DNA from: a virus
Reading direction: 5' to 3' (one strand)
Length of the DNA stretch: 64,000 nucleotides
Virus record (IMG/VR): IMGVR_UViG_3300000228_000004
Coordinates: 32,001 to 96,000 of that record
Shown: piece by piece, positions 9,929 through 19,206 of the stretch
How the letters are laid out: each line of letters opens with the position of its first letter
Position numbering within the stretch: the stretch's first letter is position 1
Made by a program: the position numbers and the translations under genes
The notes under the pieces: generated by a model
Database searches by the model: none
What the model was told of the DNA's origin: nothing
What the model saw: only the letters and a program-made list of their open reading frames with translations

Positions 9929-10735
9929 TCAATCATAGTACCACCCTTTTTTTACCAACATTTCTTTCGCCTCTTCAGTCGTTAATTCAATTGCTTCACC
10001 TTGCATAAATGGGGTATCTATTTTGATAAGAACTTCTTTCGAAAGTAGGCTACCTTTTTTGAAATACAGTGGTTTACTTTCGAAGCACCTGAACCCAATA
10101 ATTGTCCTTTTATTCGGGAGATCATTCGGAACCCCGTGTAAAAACTTCGTGTTATCAAAAATAATAGTATCACCAGGAGCTAAGTTTAGCTCAAATACTT
10201 CTCCAGCATGATTCATGAGACATAAACCTTTACCGCCATTTTCATTTTCAAGGACAACCACCATAACCAACCGTGGGATGAGCCCTTCCCTTATTTCAAT
10301 CTTATCTTTCCCCCATTCACCGTCAAACACTTCGGCATCAAAATGATATGGTATAGAATTACTATAATGGGATCCTTCTTTGTAATATTGGTAGTTGAAA
10401 AGAGACTTACTGTTTCCAGAAACAACTTCACCTATAAAACCGCCTAATATATCATTATATAATGAAAACAGCCCACCGAGAAGACCGTCTATTTTCAGAA
10501 ATGGTGCAGTATCTGGTTCACCCAAAGAAACCATTACTGCGCCACCGACCCTTCCTTCAGTTTCTTCCCTTTTTCTATATAATTTGCGCTCGACCAAATA
10601 ATCACTATACCCTATATCTATATTTGGTATAATATCATCAGTTAATTTTTTAGTATCCAACTCAGACAGAATGTCATAAATGACACAAAACCCATTCAAC
10701 TTCAGATCTGAAATATAATCTTCTATGTATTCCAT
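9929..10735 (-). CDS. 2OG-Fe(II) dioxygenase-fold protein
   Basis: HxD (YHFDAE), GGxL, PGDxIIFDN...LHGV, KRTIIGFR. Confidence 0.75.
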   Translation of the reverse strand: MEYIEDYISDLKLNGFCVIYDILSELDTKKLTDDIIPNIDIGYSDYLVERKLYRKREETEGRVGGAVMVSLGEPDTAPFLKIDGLLGGLFSLYNDILGGFIGEVVSGNSKSLFNYQYYKEGSHYSNSIPYHFDAEVFDGEWGKDKIEIREGLIPRLVMVVVLENENGGKGLCLMNHAGEVFELNLAPGDTIIFDNTKFLHGVPNDLPNKRTIIGFRCFESKPLYFKKGSLLSKEVLIKIDTPFMQGEAIELTTEEAKEMLVKKGWYYD

Positions 10736-10946
10736 TAATTATCCCTGTATTCTGAGAATAATATTGTTATTTCTTCTTTTGACAATCTTTTTGGACCTGC
10801 CAATGAGAAATGATATACAAACTCATTCCCGAGAAAAGTGGTCATGCCGTATAAGTTATTCTCTACTATTTGGACTTCTAGTGGTATGTTTATTTCTTCT
10901 GGGGTGGAAATAAATACTTCATTTCCTATTGTTAATTCAAACGAAA

Positions 10947-12041
10947 TCATCTTTCTACCCTTACAAACTCAAATTTTCTGAAAAATGAATTCTCTAAACT
11001 ATGGTACAATTCATCAGAACATTTGATTTTGACCGTGTCTGTGGAAAGTGAGAATTGTTCTTCATATTTTTTATGTAAAATATATGTAAGCACTAAATTG
11101 GAATATAAATATAAAAGATTATCTGTTGTTGGAACATTAAACCGCTCAAATAAATCATCCAAGCCCGTGTATTCTTCACCACTGAAATCAGTATCGGTCG
11201 TGATTATTGAGGATAAATGAGAAACCAACCCCTGAAAAAATTCATGAATTTTTTCAATTTCAGGAAATTCTATTTCATCATCTGCTAGTAATCCATTTTC
11301 TTGTGAAATTTTATTCGTGATAACATCATACCCCTGTTTCCCTGAAAAATCATAAAGGTGCATATTAGTCACATGGTGATTATAAACGCCTAAAGTAACT
11401 TCTGGGTCAATTTCAGATTTGATATATTGAAGAATCATTTCTTGTAAAAATGTCCATTCAAAAATATTTATACTACCTAGCCCCCAAACAATATCACCGC
11501 TCCTAGATTTGACATTCATATTCAATTTCTTATCAGGTGTAACGAAAAAATCTAATACCATGTTACACGGTCTGTCTTTTCCTTTTTCTATACCATCTTC
11601 TTGAAGTGCTGAAGTAGAGTCAATAGACGGGTCTGAAATAACCATCACGGCTCTTCTCGTGTAAATTCCTTCGTTCCTGAATTGCTGAAGGACGTCATTT
11701 ATCTGCTCATTACTGGAAATCCTTTCTGGATAACCCCCTCTCCACGAAATACCGTCATCAGAATAATCACTTGCTCTGGGCAGGAAAAAACTTAGGTACG
11801 GGTCTATTTTATTAGAACCAGCAAATACCCAAAATGTTTCTGCTATCGTAGCAAATATATTGTTTTTTCTACCAATGAGAGAAAGATGCCTTGCTTTAGG
11901 ATTTTCTAGAGTGATGAACGCATTATATACTGAAAGAATTCCACCATTCCTAGATTTGGTTCTATGCCCCTCGCTGATAAGTTTATCCAATGATTTGTAA
12001 ACAACTTCATTGATAGTTTTCCCTTTGATTTGGTTCAACAT
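10947..12041 (-). CDS. Thymidylate synthase homologue, likely dUMP hydroxymethylase
   Basis: SRNG, YSDDG..WRGGY..R, TRRAV, catalytic DRPCN, RSGDIVWG..SIN.FEW.FLQE (Asn at the dU-specificity position), NMHLY. Confidence 0.85.
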   Translation of the reverse strand: MLNQIKGKTINEVVYKSLDKLISEGHRTKSRNGGILSVYNAFITLENPKARHLSLIGRKNNIFATIAETFWVFAGSNKIDPYLSFFLPRASDYSDDGISWRGGYPERISSNEQINDVLQQFRNEGIYTRRAVMVISDPSIDSTSALQEDGIEKGKDRPCNMVLDFFVTPDKKLNMNVKSRSGDIVWGLGSINIFEWTFLQEMILQYIKSEIDPEVTLGVYNHHVTNMHLYDFSGKQGYDVITNKISQENGLLADDEIEFPEIEKIHEFFQGLVSHLSSIITTDTDFSGEEYTGLDDLFERFNVPTTDNLLYLYSNLVLTYILHKKYEEQFSLSTDTVKIKCSDELYHSLENSFFRKFEFVRVER

Positions 12042-12277
12042 TCGTGTAACTCCTTTTTTGAATTTATATGGGCGGATGGTATTTTAATAAAATATTGGGT
12101 ATACCCGTATTTTTCAATGCACTCACCGCAAATTTTGATATCTCTATTGAACTCTATTGAAATAAAACCTGAAAAATGAAATATTCCATTTTCTTCTTTT
12201 GTAGAACCACACACATCACATTTAATGCACAAACCGACCCCTTGTTTAAAATATATTGACTTATCGGGATTGAATTA

Positions 12278-12907
12278 TCAATCCCTTTTTCTTGGTTTGG
12301 TTGATAACCTTGTTTTACCGAGCTTCGTTTTCTTGTTACTGAAAATTAGGTTAGTTAATCTATCCGAATATTTCTTATACTGAAAACAATCTGGGATGTA
12401 AATAACCTCAAGTTTATCTGGGAAATGTATGGCACTTATTGATACTGTCGTATTTTCACGAATTCTATCTTCGCCATCAGGAAAAACTTTCATGAGACTT
12501 TCTTCAAGAACAGGTAGTATGTGCTTGATATCAAATGCTACAGCATAAAGTAAAACGCCTTCTCTTGAGTAACCAGCTGAAATATATAACCCATTTTCAT
12601 TCTTATACTTCTGGAAAGATTTCCAAGTCAAATTATTGAAAATTCCTCTCCCCGAAACTGGTTTATTCTCCCCAATAGTTTCATTTTTTACTTCTAGGAA
12701 CAAGTTGCCTCTCTTACCATCCCAACCATGTTTTTCTGATATGTGGTGTCCGTGTATAAGATCTACTGTTATTCTTTCCCTCACAGAGTCTCCGCCACCA
12801 GTCATAAGGTTTTCACAAGAAAACCTCGAAAATGCGTTCGCTTCTTCTAAGTTGTCAAAATCAGATAATACCCCAGTCTTAGCATAATTCATTATATTAT
12901 GGTACAA
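12278..12907 (-). CDS. Putative PD-(D/E)xK nuclease
   Basis: RE...HGWDG...LEVK motif arrangement. Confidence 0.5.
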   Translation of the reverse strand: MYHNIMNYAKTGVLSDFDNLEEANAFSRFSCENLMTGGGDSVRERITVDLIHGHHISEKHGWDGKRGNLFLEVKNETIGENKPVSGRGIFNNLTWKSFQKYKNENGLYISAGYSREGVLLYAVAFDIKHILPVLEESLMKVFPDGEDRIRENTTVSISAIHFPDKLEVIYIPDCFQYKKYSDRLTNLIFSNKKTKLGKTRLSTKPRKRD

Positions 12908-13120
12908 AAGTCACCCTTTAGTTGAAATTCTAGAGGTAGACCATTCTTTGGTTGAGCGACGAGAAAGATAGTAACCCATCCCGAATGCTGACATACGGTA
13001 TTCTTTCAGCATTTGTAACGCTTCTTTTCTTGTTTCAAATTGGTCAACTGTTTCAACCACCCCATTTGTTTTAGTGTTGATGTATAGCATTTTTCACCTT
13101 TCTTATCATATAATATCTTA

Positions 13121-13144
13121 TATTATACCGTAATTTGGTTTAAA
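13121..13144 (-). promoter_or_regulatory. RpoD-type promoter
   Basis: TTTAAACCAAATTACGGTATAATA on the minus strand. Confidence 0.65.
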
Positions 13145-13733
13145 ATAAACTTAACCGATCACCATTTATTTGAGCCGCAGTTGATTGATAATAGTGAGTA
13201 GTACCAGTTCCGTTATCACTAGAAACCCTCACATATTCATTGAAATTTTTAGCGTTCATAATCCATTTGAATTTTACCAAATAATCACCACTGGGGGTAT
13301 TTTCATAGTACCCAACCACGATATAATCAACAAGTCTATTGTATTTTAAAAAAGTGGTTAAATTCGCCCTTGTCAGTTGGTGTTCATTTGGGTTATTTGC
13401 CCCAGAAATATTGAAATTGAACCATCTATCGTTTTTATTGGAAGGCTTCACTTCTATAAAAGAACCGTCGACCTCAACATCATAAGCAAAAGAGAGAGGA
13501 TTCAACGGGTCATGCTTTTGGGTATTAAGTTTACCGCCAAGAAGTGATGCTAAAGCAACTTCTAGTATTACACCACTTTCGCAGTTTTTCATCAGAACTT
13601 CATCCGTTCTACCGTGTGTTTGACCATTTTCCTTTATCTCTTGAAACAAATTAAGTGATAATTCTGAAATATCTTCTTTAGTGACCACGATTGGTTTTCG
13701 AAGCTTAATTAAAATATTGTTGGTTAAAACCAT
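13140..13733 (-). CDS. denB: DenB (endonuclease IV)-like nuclease
   Basis: EV...C..GV..E..LA..L.G..N....D..NP..FAYDV....IEVK....D.RW....NL pattern parallels T4 DenB as recalled. Confidence 0.65.
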   Translation of the reverse strand: MVLTNNILIKLRKPIVVTKEDISELSLNLFQEIKENGQTHGRTDEVLMKNCESGVILEVALASLLGGKLNTQKHDPLNPLSFAYDVEVDGSFIEVKPSNKNDRWFNFNISGANNPNEHQLTRANLTTFLKYNRLVDYIVVGYYENTPSGDYLVKFKWIMNAKNFNEYVRVSSDNGTGTTHYYQSTAAQINGDRLSLF

Positions 13734-14410
13734 TCTGTATCCTTTGATGGTGCTGTTTCTTTAATTGAATTTACAATTTCCCAATTTTCGTTAAAATACA
13801 TTTTTACTAACGCGTCTCGACTTTCCTTGAAATCTATATGTTTTACTAGATTATTTTCAGAAGCACCCATATTATTTTTGTAATATATTAACAGGGTTTT
13901 AAAAAGTTCATTGTCCGACCACCCAGATGAATTTTCAGCCCAATCAAGACCTCTGGTTTTTCCAGTTCTCTCGTTCGTTCTTTGCAAAAACTCAGTTATA
14001 TCATCATAATAAGAAGCAATCAAGTGTACTTCATCACACCCATTGGCTTCCCAACTCGGAATATCGCCTCGCTTAGAACGGTTGTTAAAATAACCCTCCA
14101 TAAAAATAGTGGTTATTTCTGGGTATTGTTTTGCTAACGCTGGTATCTTTTCTAACCGTTGTTCCCAATTTGAAAACATTGCTGTATCAAGACTGACCCA
14201 TTGTGTACCACCTTTGGCAAATCTACCCAATACGAACCAACCATTTTCGAATAGGAATCCTATATCTTCTTGCTTAGGTTCTTTACCCTTTCTTTCAATT
14301 TTACCGCGTATCACTGAATACTCGAATTTTGAAATCAAGTAGTTCACTAAGAAATATGTTCTTGTTGATTTCCCGGAACCATTTGACCCCATATAATTGA
14401 TTAGTCTCAC
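13724..14410 (-). CDS. P-loop kinase, 5-hmdU DNA kinase-type
   Basis: MGSNGSGKSTR, VLGRF...SLD, FMEG, R..ERTG; within the modification cluster; ends TEWF. Confidence 0.7.
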   Translation of the reverse strand: MRLINYMGSNGSGKSTRTYFLVNYLISKFEYSVIRGKIERKGKEPKQEDIGFLFENGWFVLGRFAKGGTQWVSLDTAMFSNWEQRLEKIPALAKQYPEITTIFMEGYFNNRSKRGDIPSWEANGCDEVHLIASYYDDITEFLQRTNERTGKTRGLDWAENSSGWSDNELFKTLLIYYKNNMGASENNLVKHIDFKESRDALVKMYFNENWEIVNSIKETAPSKDTEWF

Positions 14411-14443
14411 TATTTATCCTTTACTTTCAAATATTATACCATA

Positions 14444-16234
14444 TCATTCTTTTGTTTGACTTAAACCAATTTGTGAAAATTCACCTTTCACGAACCTAGA
14501 AAAAACTTCTTTTATCGTTCCAGATGTATCTAATTCTAATAATTGAACCACATTTCCACCGAGATCGTTGTGTTCTTGATAAACTTTCTTCGCAGTTGAA
14601 AGTCTCTCGTATTTTTTTTCTACTGCTTTAAGTTGGTTCATTTCTTCATCAGATTTACCAGTCCTGTTTTTAATTCTTACCAGTGCTTCTTCGTAGGAAG
14701 TACTTAAAAAAAGTACCACTGGCTTCCTTAGTGTCATATTCTTTAGTGTATCAAAATATGCAGCTATTGTATCTGATGGTATTGAACCCTCTAGATACAC
14801 GCTAAAATCACTGAACTCTTTCCTGTTTAATACTTCTATGGCATACATGATTTCTTTCTTCTTGAGCGTGTCACATCCCCCAAAATTAGATTCCACTCCA
14901 TAGTTACCCAAAGAGATGAAGTTATATTTCGGAAAAACCGTGAAAATGGTTTTCTTAAAATAATTTGAATAAATTTTATACGAAAGAGAATCAGTTGCAA
15001 GCATTTGCTTGGGGATAGTTGATTTTCCGGCACCGTTCCCCCCCTTGACATACATGAAAGTTGGTTCACTTTTTTTAATTATTTCAAAAAAACTTTCATC
15101 AAATTTTTCGACTGGTGTATCAAACCAGTCATCATATAAATTAGGCGCGTAAACTTCTTTCTTAACGATGTCGAGTTCGATGTCCCCAACGAAGTTGAAT
15201 GTTTCTTCGTACTCGTAAATTTCTACTTCAGTGGGCATCTTTCTATTCAAATTTTCGGCGGAAGTTTTAAGGTCTGGTACTGACCCAACTACCCAAAACA
15301 GGGTTTTATCGTTTATCAGTTCTGGGTGATTTTTTAATAGGTATTCGTAAACTTTCGCTTCATATCTATAATGAAATGTTATGTCATCTATTTGAATACC
15401 CTTAATGGTTTTAGAATACGGTTGTTTCGTGTCGTGCCAAATGAATTCAAACATCGATGTGTCAGCACCCATTAAAGAAAGCCTTTCAAACATATAGTCA
15501 CGCTTATCGACCCCCACATTTATGAGGTGTATTCTTTTCAATGCCTTTGGCGTATCTTTATCATCACTTAACCCCAATAATATAGAAGTTGCTGAATTCG
15601 CTGAGCCGAATGGTATGATTAGATCAGTGATAAAGGTTGGTATATTCTTTACCTGATGAGCGCCAACTTTATGGAAATCAGTTACCATCTTAGCTGAATT
15701 CACAGAAAGCCTATGATCCAGAGTGATATCTCTTTCAATGGTAAATGATTTCGGGAACTTTTCCATAACTTCCCCGACCCTCTTTTGTATATTCACATTA
15801 AACCCAGAGCCACTTGATATTTCATACTTAGTACCAAACATAGTCGCGAATAAAGGAAGTTGGTGTTTATTTATAGCGTCGAAACTTGTCCCACCAGCCA
15901 CTTGAATACACCGAAGCCCGTAATGCTCTGCCATTGCGGCAGCCATAATGGTCTGTGGTGATGAGTTGACATTCGTTGCGTGTATTACTGTATCAGCACC
16001 CGTTGGTCTATTTTCAAATAAGTGAAGGAGTTGTCTACACTTAGACCCGTTCGCGGTGTTTATCCCGAAAAGAGAGAATTTATCTTCTCTCTTATAGTAC
16101 ATACCATCTGATTTCTGTTCCACTGGGGTTAGTTCCCACATATAATCTTTCCACCGTTTACCTTCCGGAAGAGGAAAGGGTACAACGGAATCTCGTAAAT
16201 CTTCATTCAGTGTAATTCTTTCTGTCATAACCAC
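14444..16234 (-). CDS. PLP-dependent enzyme (ACC-deaminase/fold II-like) fused to a C-terminal P-loop kinase
   Basis: LTPVE..YKRED...NGSKCRQ, SPQ, IPFGSANS, YEAK, FWVVG; then KGGNGAGKST, LGNY...GGCDT, LEG, RIKNRTG. Confidence 0.8.
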   Translation of the reverse strand: MVMTERITLNEDLRDSVVPFPLPEGKRWKDYMWELTPVEQKSDGMYYKREDKFSLFGINTANGSKCRQLLHLFENRPTGADTVIHATNVNSSPQTIMAAAMAEHYGLRCIQVAGGTSFDAINKHQLPLFATMFGTKYEISSGSGFNVNIQKRVGEVMEKFPKSFTIERDITLDHRLSVNSAKMVTDFHKVGAHQVKNIPTFITDLIIPFGSANSATSILLGLSDDKDTPKALKRIHLINVGVDKRDYMFERLSLMGADTSMFEFIWHDTKQPYSKTIKGIQIDDITFHYRYEAKVYEYLLKNHPELINDKTLFWVVGSVPDLKTSAENLNRKMPTEVEIYEYEETFNFVGDIELDIVKKEVYAPNLYDDWFDTPVEKFDESFFEIIKKSEPTFMYVKGGNGAGKSTIPKQMLATDSLSYKIYSNYFKKTIFTVFPKYNFISLGNYGVESNFGGCDTLKKKEIMYAIEVLNRKEFSDFSVYLEGSIPSDTIAAYFDTLKNMTLRKPVVLFLSTSYEEALVRIKNRTGKSDEEMNQLKAVEKKYERLSTAKKVYQEHNDLGGNVVQLLELDTSGTIKEVFSRFVKGEFSQIGLSQTKE

Positions 16235-17460
16235 TCACTTATTTGTTTTTCTATGGTTGGGGTGATTTTATTATTGGTTTTCTTCCCATACCATTCTTTT
16301 TCTTTTTCTTCGTGATTAATGAAGAAATTATTTTTAAAAACTGGGTTATAATTTTCCATCATAATAACTTCCCCTGTTTTCTTATACCAATTCTGTTTGA
16401 CCTTAACCAATCCTGGGTCATTCGGGTTATCTTCCATCCTAAGTTCAGAAGGAAGATATTTTCTTCTTGCTTCCCAAAAATCTTTGAAATCTATATCAGA
16501 CCCATCAATTTCTTTCCAATCCCTTGTTTCTGCTTTTTTTATTCTATCATGGAACATATCATTATAAACATTAGGATATCTTCTATTTTCCCTGTGCCAA
16601 CTCTTATAGCAACAAAGCGTGGACTCAAGGGTGAAGTAGTTCACATCTTCAAAGAACGGTTCTTGTGAAAATCTTTCCTTGGCATCTGATAATAGTACCG
16701 CGCCCTCTTTTTCTAGCCAAATCATAACTTCTTTGTTATGCCCGTTGACTATTTCTGTTGGTAAATCTTGGTTATCTTTTCTAACATCAAGATCATCCCT
16801 ACCACTCACTACACAAAGACCGTTCCGGTGTGATTTTGAACCAGATTTATCATAAATGAAGAGACTACCGCAATCTATGTTTAATCCCATAATTTTAAGA
16901 TACTCAAGGTATGAAAATGTTGAAAGCCTTCCATACATAAAAAAATCGTTAAAAACGGTATCCCAAACTTTTTCAAAATTTCCATAAACATCACCAGTAT
17001 CACAAAGGTCTGAAAAATACCCTTCTTGCGTTTTACCACCCAATAATTCTAGGTAATTTTGGTACATTTCAATGAAGTGACCCTTTTGGTATCTTCTGTC
17101 GATATCATAGTCGAGGTTTTTCCAATATTCTCTATGCCATTTTTCCATGTCTTCTATAGAAGAAGACCTTAAAGAAGGGAAATGTTTAAATAACACCCAG
17201 GAAGTGAGTGGGTTTTGTGTTGCTCCGTTTATAAACGCGAACCACAATCTTGTCTCAAAATCCCAATCATGTTTCTTAGCCAAGAAAGGCATCACATAAT
17301 ATACTGCCCCTGGATGAGATTTATACTTTAAATGGAACCCATAAAAATTAAGGAAAACTTCTCTTCTATATTCAGGCAACCGAAAATCAACGCCCTCTGC
17401 TAATTCCCTTTCTTCGACCCCATTTATGTGACAAAATCTACCCAATACCATTGATATCAC
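16225..17460 (-). CDS. Amino acid:DNA transferase (aGPT-Pplase2-like, DNA glycosylase fold)
   Basis: HPGAVY, DIDRRYQK, YGRLSTFSYLE, GSKSHRNGL, YFTLESTLCCYK, RRYPNVYNDM; ends ISEWL. Confidence 0.85.
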   Translation of the reverse strand: MISMVLGRFCHINGVEERELAEGVDFRLPEYRREVFLNFYGFHLKYKSHPGAVYYVMPFLAKKHDWDFETRLWFAFINGATQNPLTSWVLFKHFPSLRSSSIEDMEKWHREYWKNLDYDIDRRYQKGHFIEMYQNYLELLGGKTQEGYFSDLCDTGDVYGNFEKVWDTVFNDFFMYGRLSTFSYLEYLKIMGLNIDCGSLFIYDKSGSKSHRNGLCVVSGRDDLDVRKDNQDLPTEIVNGHNKEVMIWLEKEGAVLLSDAKERFSQEPFFEDVNYFTLESTLCCYKSWHRENRRYPNVYNDMFHDRIKKAETRDWKEIDGSDIDFKDFWEARRKYLPSELRMEDNPNDPGLVKVKQNWYKKTGEVIMMENYNPVFKNNFFINHEEKEKEWYGKKTNNKITPTIEKQISEWL

Positions 17461-17983
17461 CTTTTATGAATTCATAAATTTCCACCCATTCAACATAAGG
17501 GAATTCGTCACTGGGCGAGTTAAGGAAACTTTTAATTTGAAAAACTTTAGAATGAGGGGAAACATCCCTACAATATTTCTTATAGTCATCAACGAAATAA
17601 TCACATCTCACGAATTTCTTATCAGAAGTGGACACAAACCCCTTAGAGTATGGGAAATTTCTTCTTATGAAATGTCGTTTCGATTCTTCATGCTCTGGGA
17701 TACAACTTGATACGAATATTATACCAATACCGAGTTCGTGGATTTTTTGTAAGTATATTTTAGCATGTTCAAATGCTTCTAATTTATCATATAACTTAGG
17801 GTCTCTCCAAAATTTCATTGGGTCATTATGATTTTTCATCAAGGTTTCTAGGTCATTATTCTCAGATGAAAGTGACCCTAAATCATCCCCAGTCAAATCT
17901 TTGTACCAATTTACCCAAGGGGTAACTGAGTCAACCACTGTTAAATCAACATCGACCGCGATTATTTTATTCATTTCAGACAT
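17438..17983 (-). CDS. HAD-family 5'(3')-deoxyribonucleotidase
   Basis: DVDLTVVD motif I, FVSS, K, FVDD. Confidence 0.75.
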   Translation of the reverse strand: MSEMNKIIAVDVDLTVVDSVTPWVNWYKDLTGDDLGSLSSENNDLETLMKNHNDPMKFWRDPKLYDKLEAFEHAKIYLQKIHELGIGIIFVSSCIPEHEESKRHFIRRNFPYSKGFVSTSDKKFVRCDYFVDDYKKYCRDVSPHSKVFQIKSFLNSPSDEFPYVEWVEIYEFIKGDINGIG

Positions 17984-18106
17984 TTTTCACCTTTTTGTTC
18001 ATTTTACTAAAGTAACCTTTCAGAAACCTTAAATCTTTTTAATAAACCACGCTTAGTATGTTTCATAGATTTAAGGTCAGTATAAGTTTCAGTTCCGACT
18101 TTAATT

Positions 18107-18748
18107 TTATTTGAATAATTTGGTGTTATCTTCGTTACCATTTTCATCAAATTTTGCATATGCATCAGCTGATTCAGTATAACCGCCGTCAACTCTTTCG
18201 TGGTTCAGTTTATTCTTCCCCATATATAATTGATACATATATTCAGGTGTCATATTCGCGTACCACCCAAGTGAATTTATCAGGTACACGAACGCGGTCA
18301 ATGATTCTTCCCTTTGGTCTAAAAGAGAAGATAATGAAAATGAATTGATATCTAACATCAATCCACTAGATAAATTTTCCCCATTTTCATCAAATTCCGC
18401 TTTAGAGAACTCCTCGTGGCAAGAAATATAATCACCTAACAATTGTTCTATATTAGACCCGTAATTCATAATCAATACACTGATCGCAAAGTGGATAATA
18501 TCAACTGCTTCTACTTGCATGTTATTAAAGTCATTCTCTAGGAAAATTTTCCACCACTTCCAACCAGTTCCTGTATCACCAGTCCTAGGGGAACTTTCCA
18601 ATAGTTCCCCTAACTCAGCCATCATTGCTGAAATAAAGTGTGATTTTGGGATAATCTCAGCCCAATCTTCCCCTGAATACTTCTCATTTAATAATACCTG
18701 TGCGCTCAAAATTTCACTAAATTCATTTACTTTCATTATGTTAAACAT
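18107..18748 (-). CDS. Dimeric all-alpha dUTPase (possibly dUTP/dTTPase)
   Basis: ELGELLES, WKWWK, VEAVDIIHF, Y..KN.LNHER..GGY. Confidence 0.8.
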   Translation of the reverse strand: MFNIMKVNEFSEILSAQVLLNEKYSGEDWAEIIPKSHFISAMMAELGELLESSPRTGDTGTGWKWWKIFLENDFNNMQVEAVDIIHFAISVLIMNYGSNIEQLLGDYISCHEEFSKAEFDENGENLSSGLMLDINSFSLSSLLDQREESLTAFVYLINSLGWYANMTPEYMYQLYMGKNKLNHERVDGGYTESADAYAKFDENGNEDNTKLFK

Positions 18749-18759
18749 TATTTTTCCTT

Positions 18760-19189
18760 TTATTTATGATTTGAAGTACTCAGTACTTCACCGTCCTTAT
18801 CAACCCATTTTCTCAGTTTGAAATCCAGTATATACATAGTTTTATCTGAATTTTCTTTGGCATCAATCGTGTGTTTTGTGCCCTTAGATTCCCCATCCCA
18901 GATAACCAAGAACATACCCGAATTATCCCAGATGGTTTTGTTTCTTATAAAACCAGCACTTTCCATATTTTTCCCAATCAGCTGGGTAAATTTCAGTGGG
19001 AATATCATTTACTTCAGTATAATATTCAGCCATAGAATCTATCCCTCTTGCGCCACCTGATACTATAGTGTCAAATTGTGTTTTTAAACGCATAGAGTCT
19101 AAAATTTTTACCAAAAGGTCAAAATCTTCAAACCCACGGGAACCAATGACCGCTAATCTTATCACGGGGGGGAGAACCACTTTTTTCAA
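18760..19189 (-). CDS. DUF2493/YspA SLOG-family protein, split by a frameshift near 18960
   Basis: IGSRGF, IVSGGARGIDS, ADWEKYGK in one frame, continued by SAGFIRN...WDGESKGTKH in the other. Confidence 0.7.
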
Positions 19190-19206
19190 TCACTGTCTCA
19201 TCCTTA

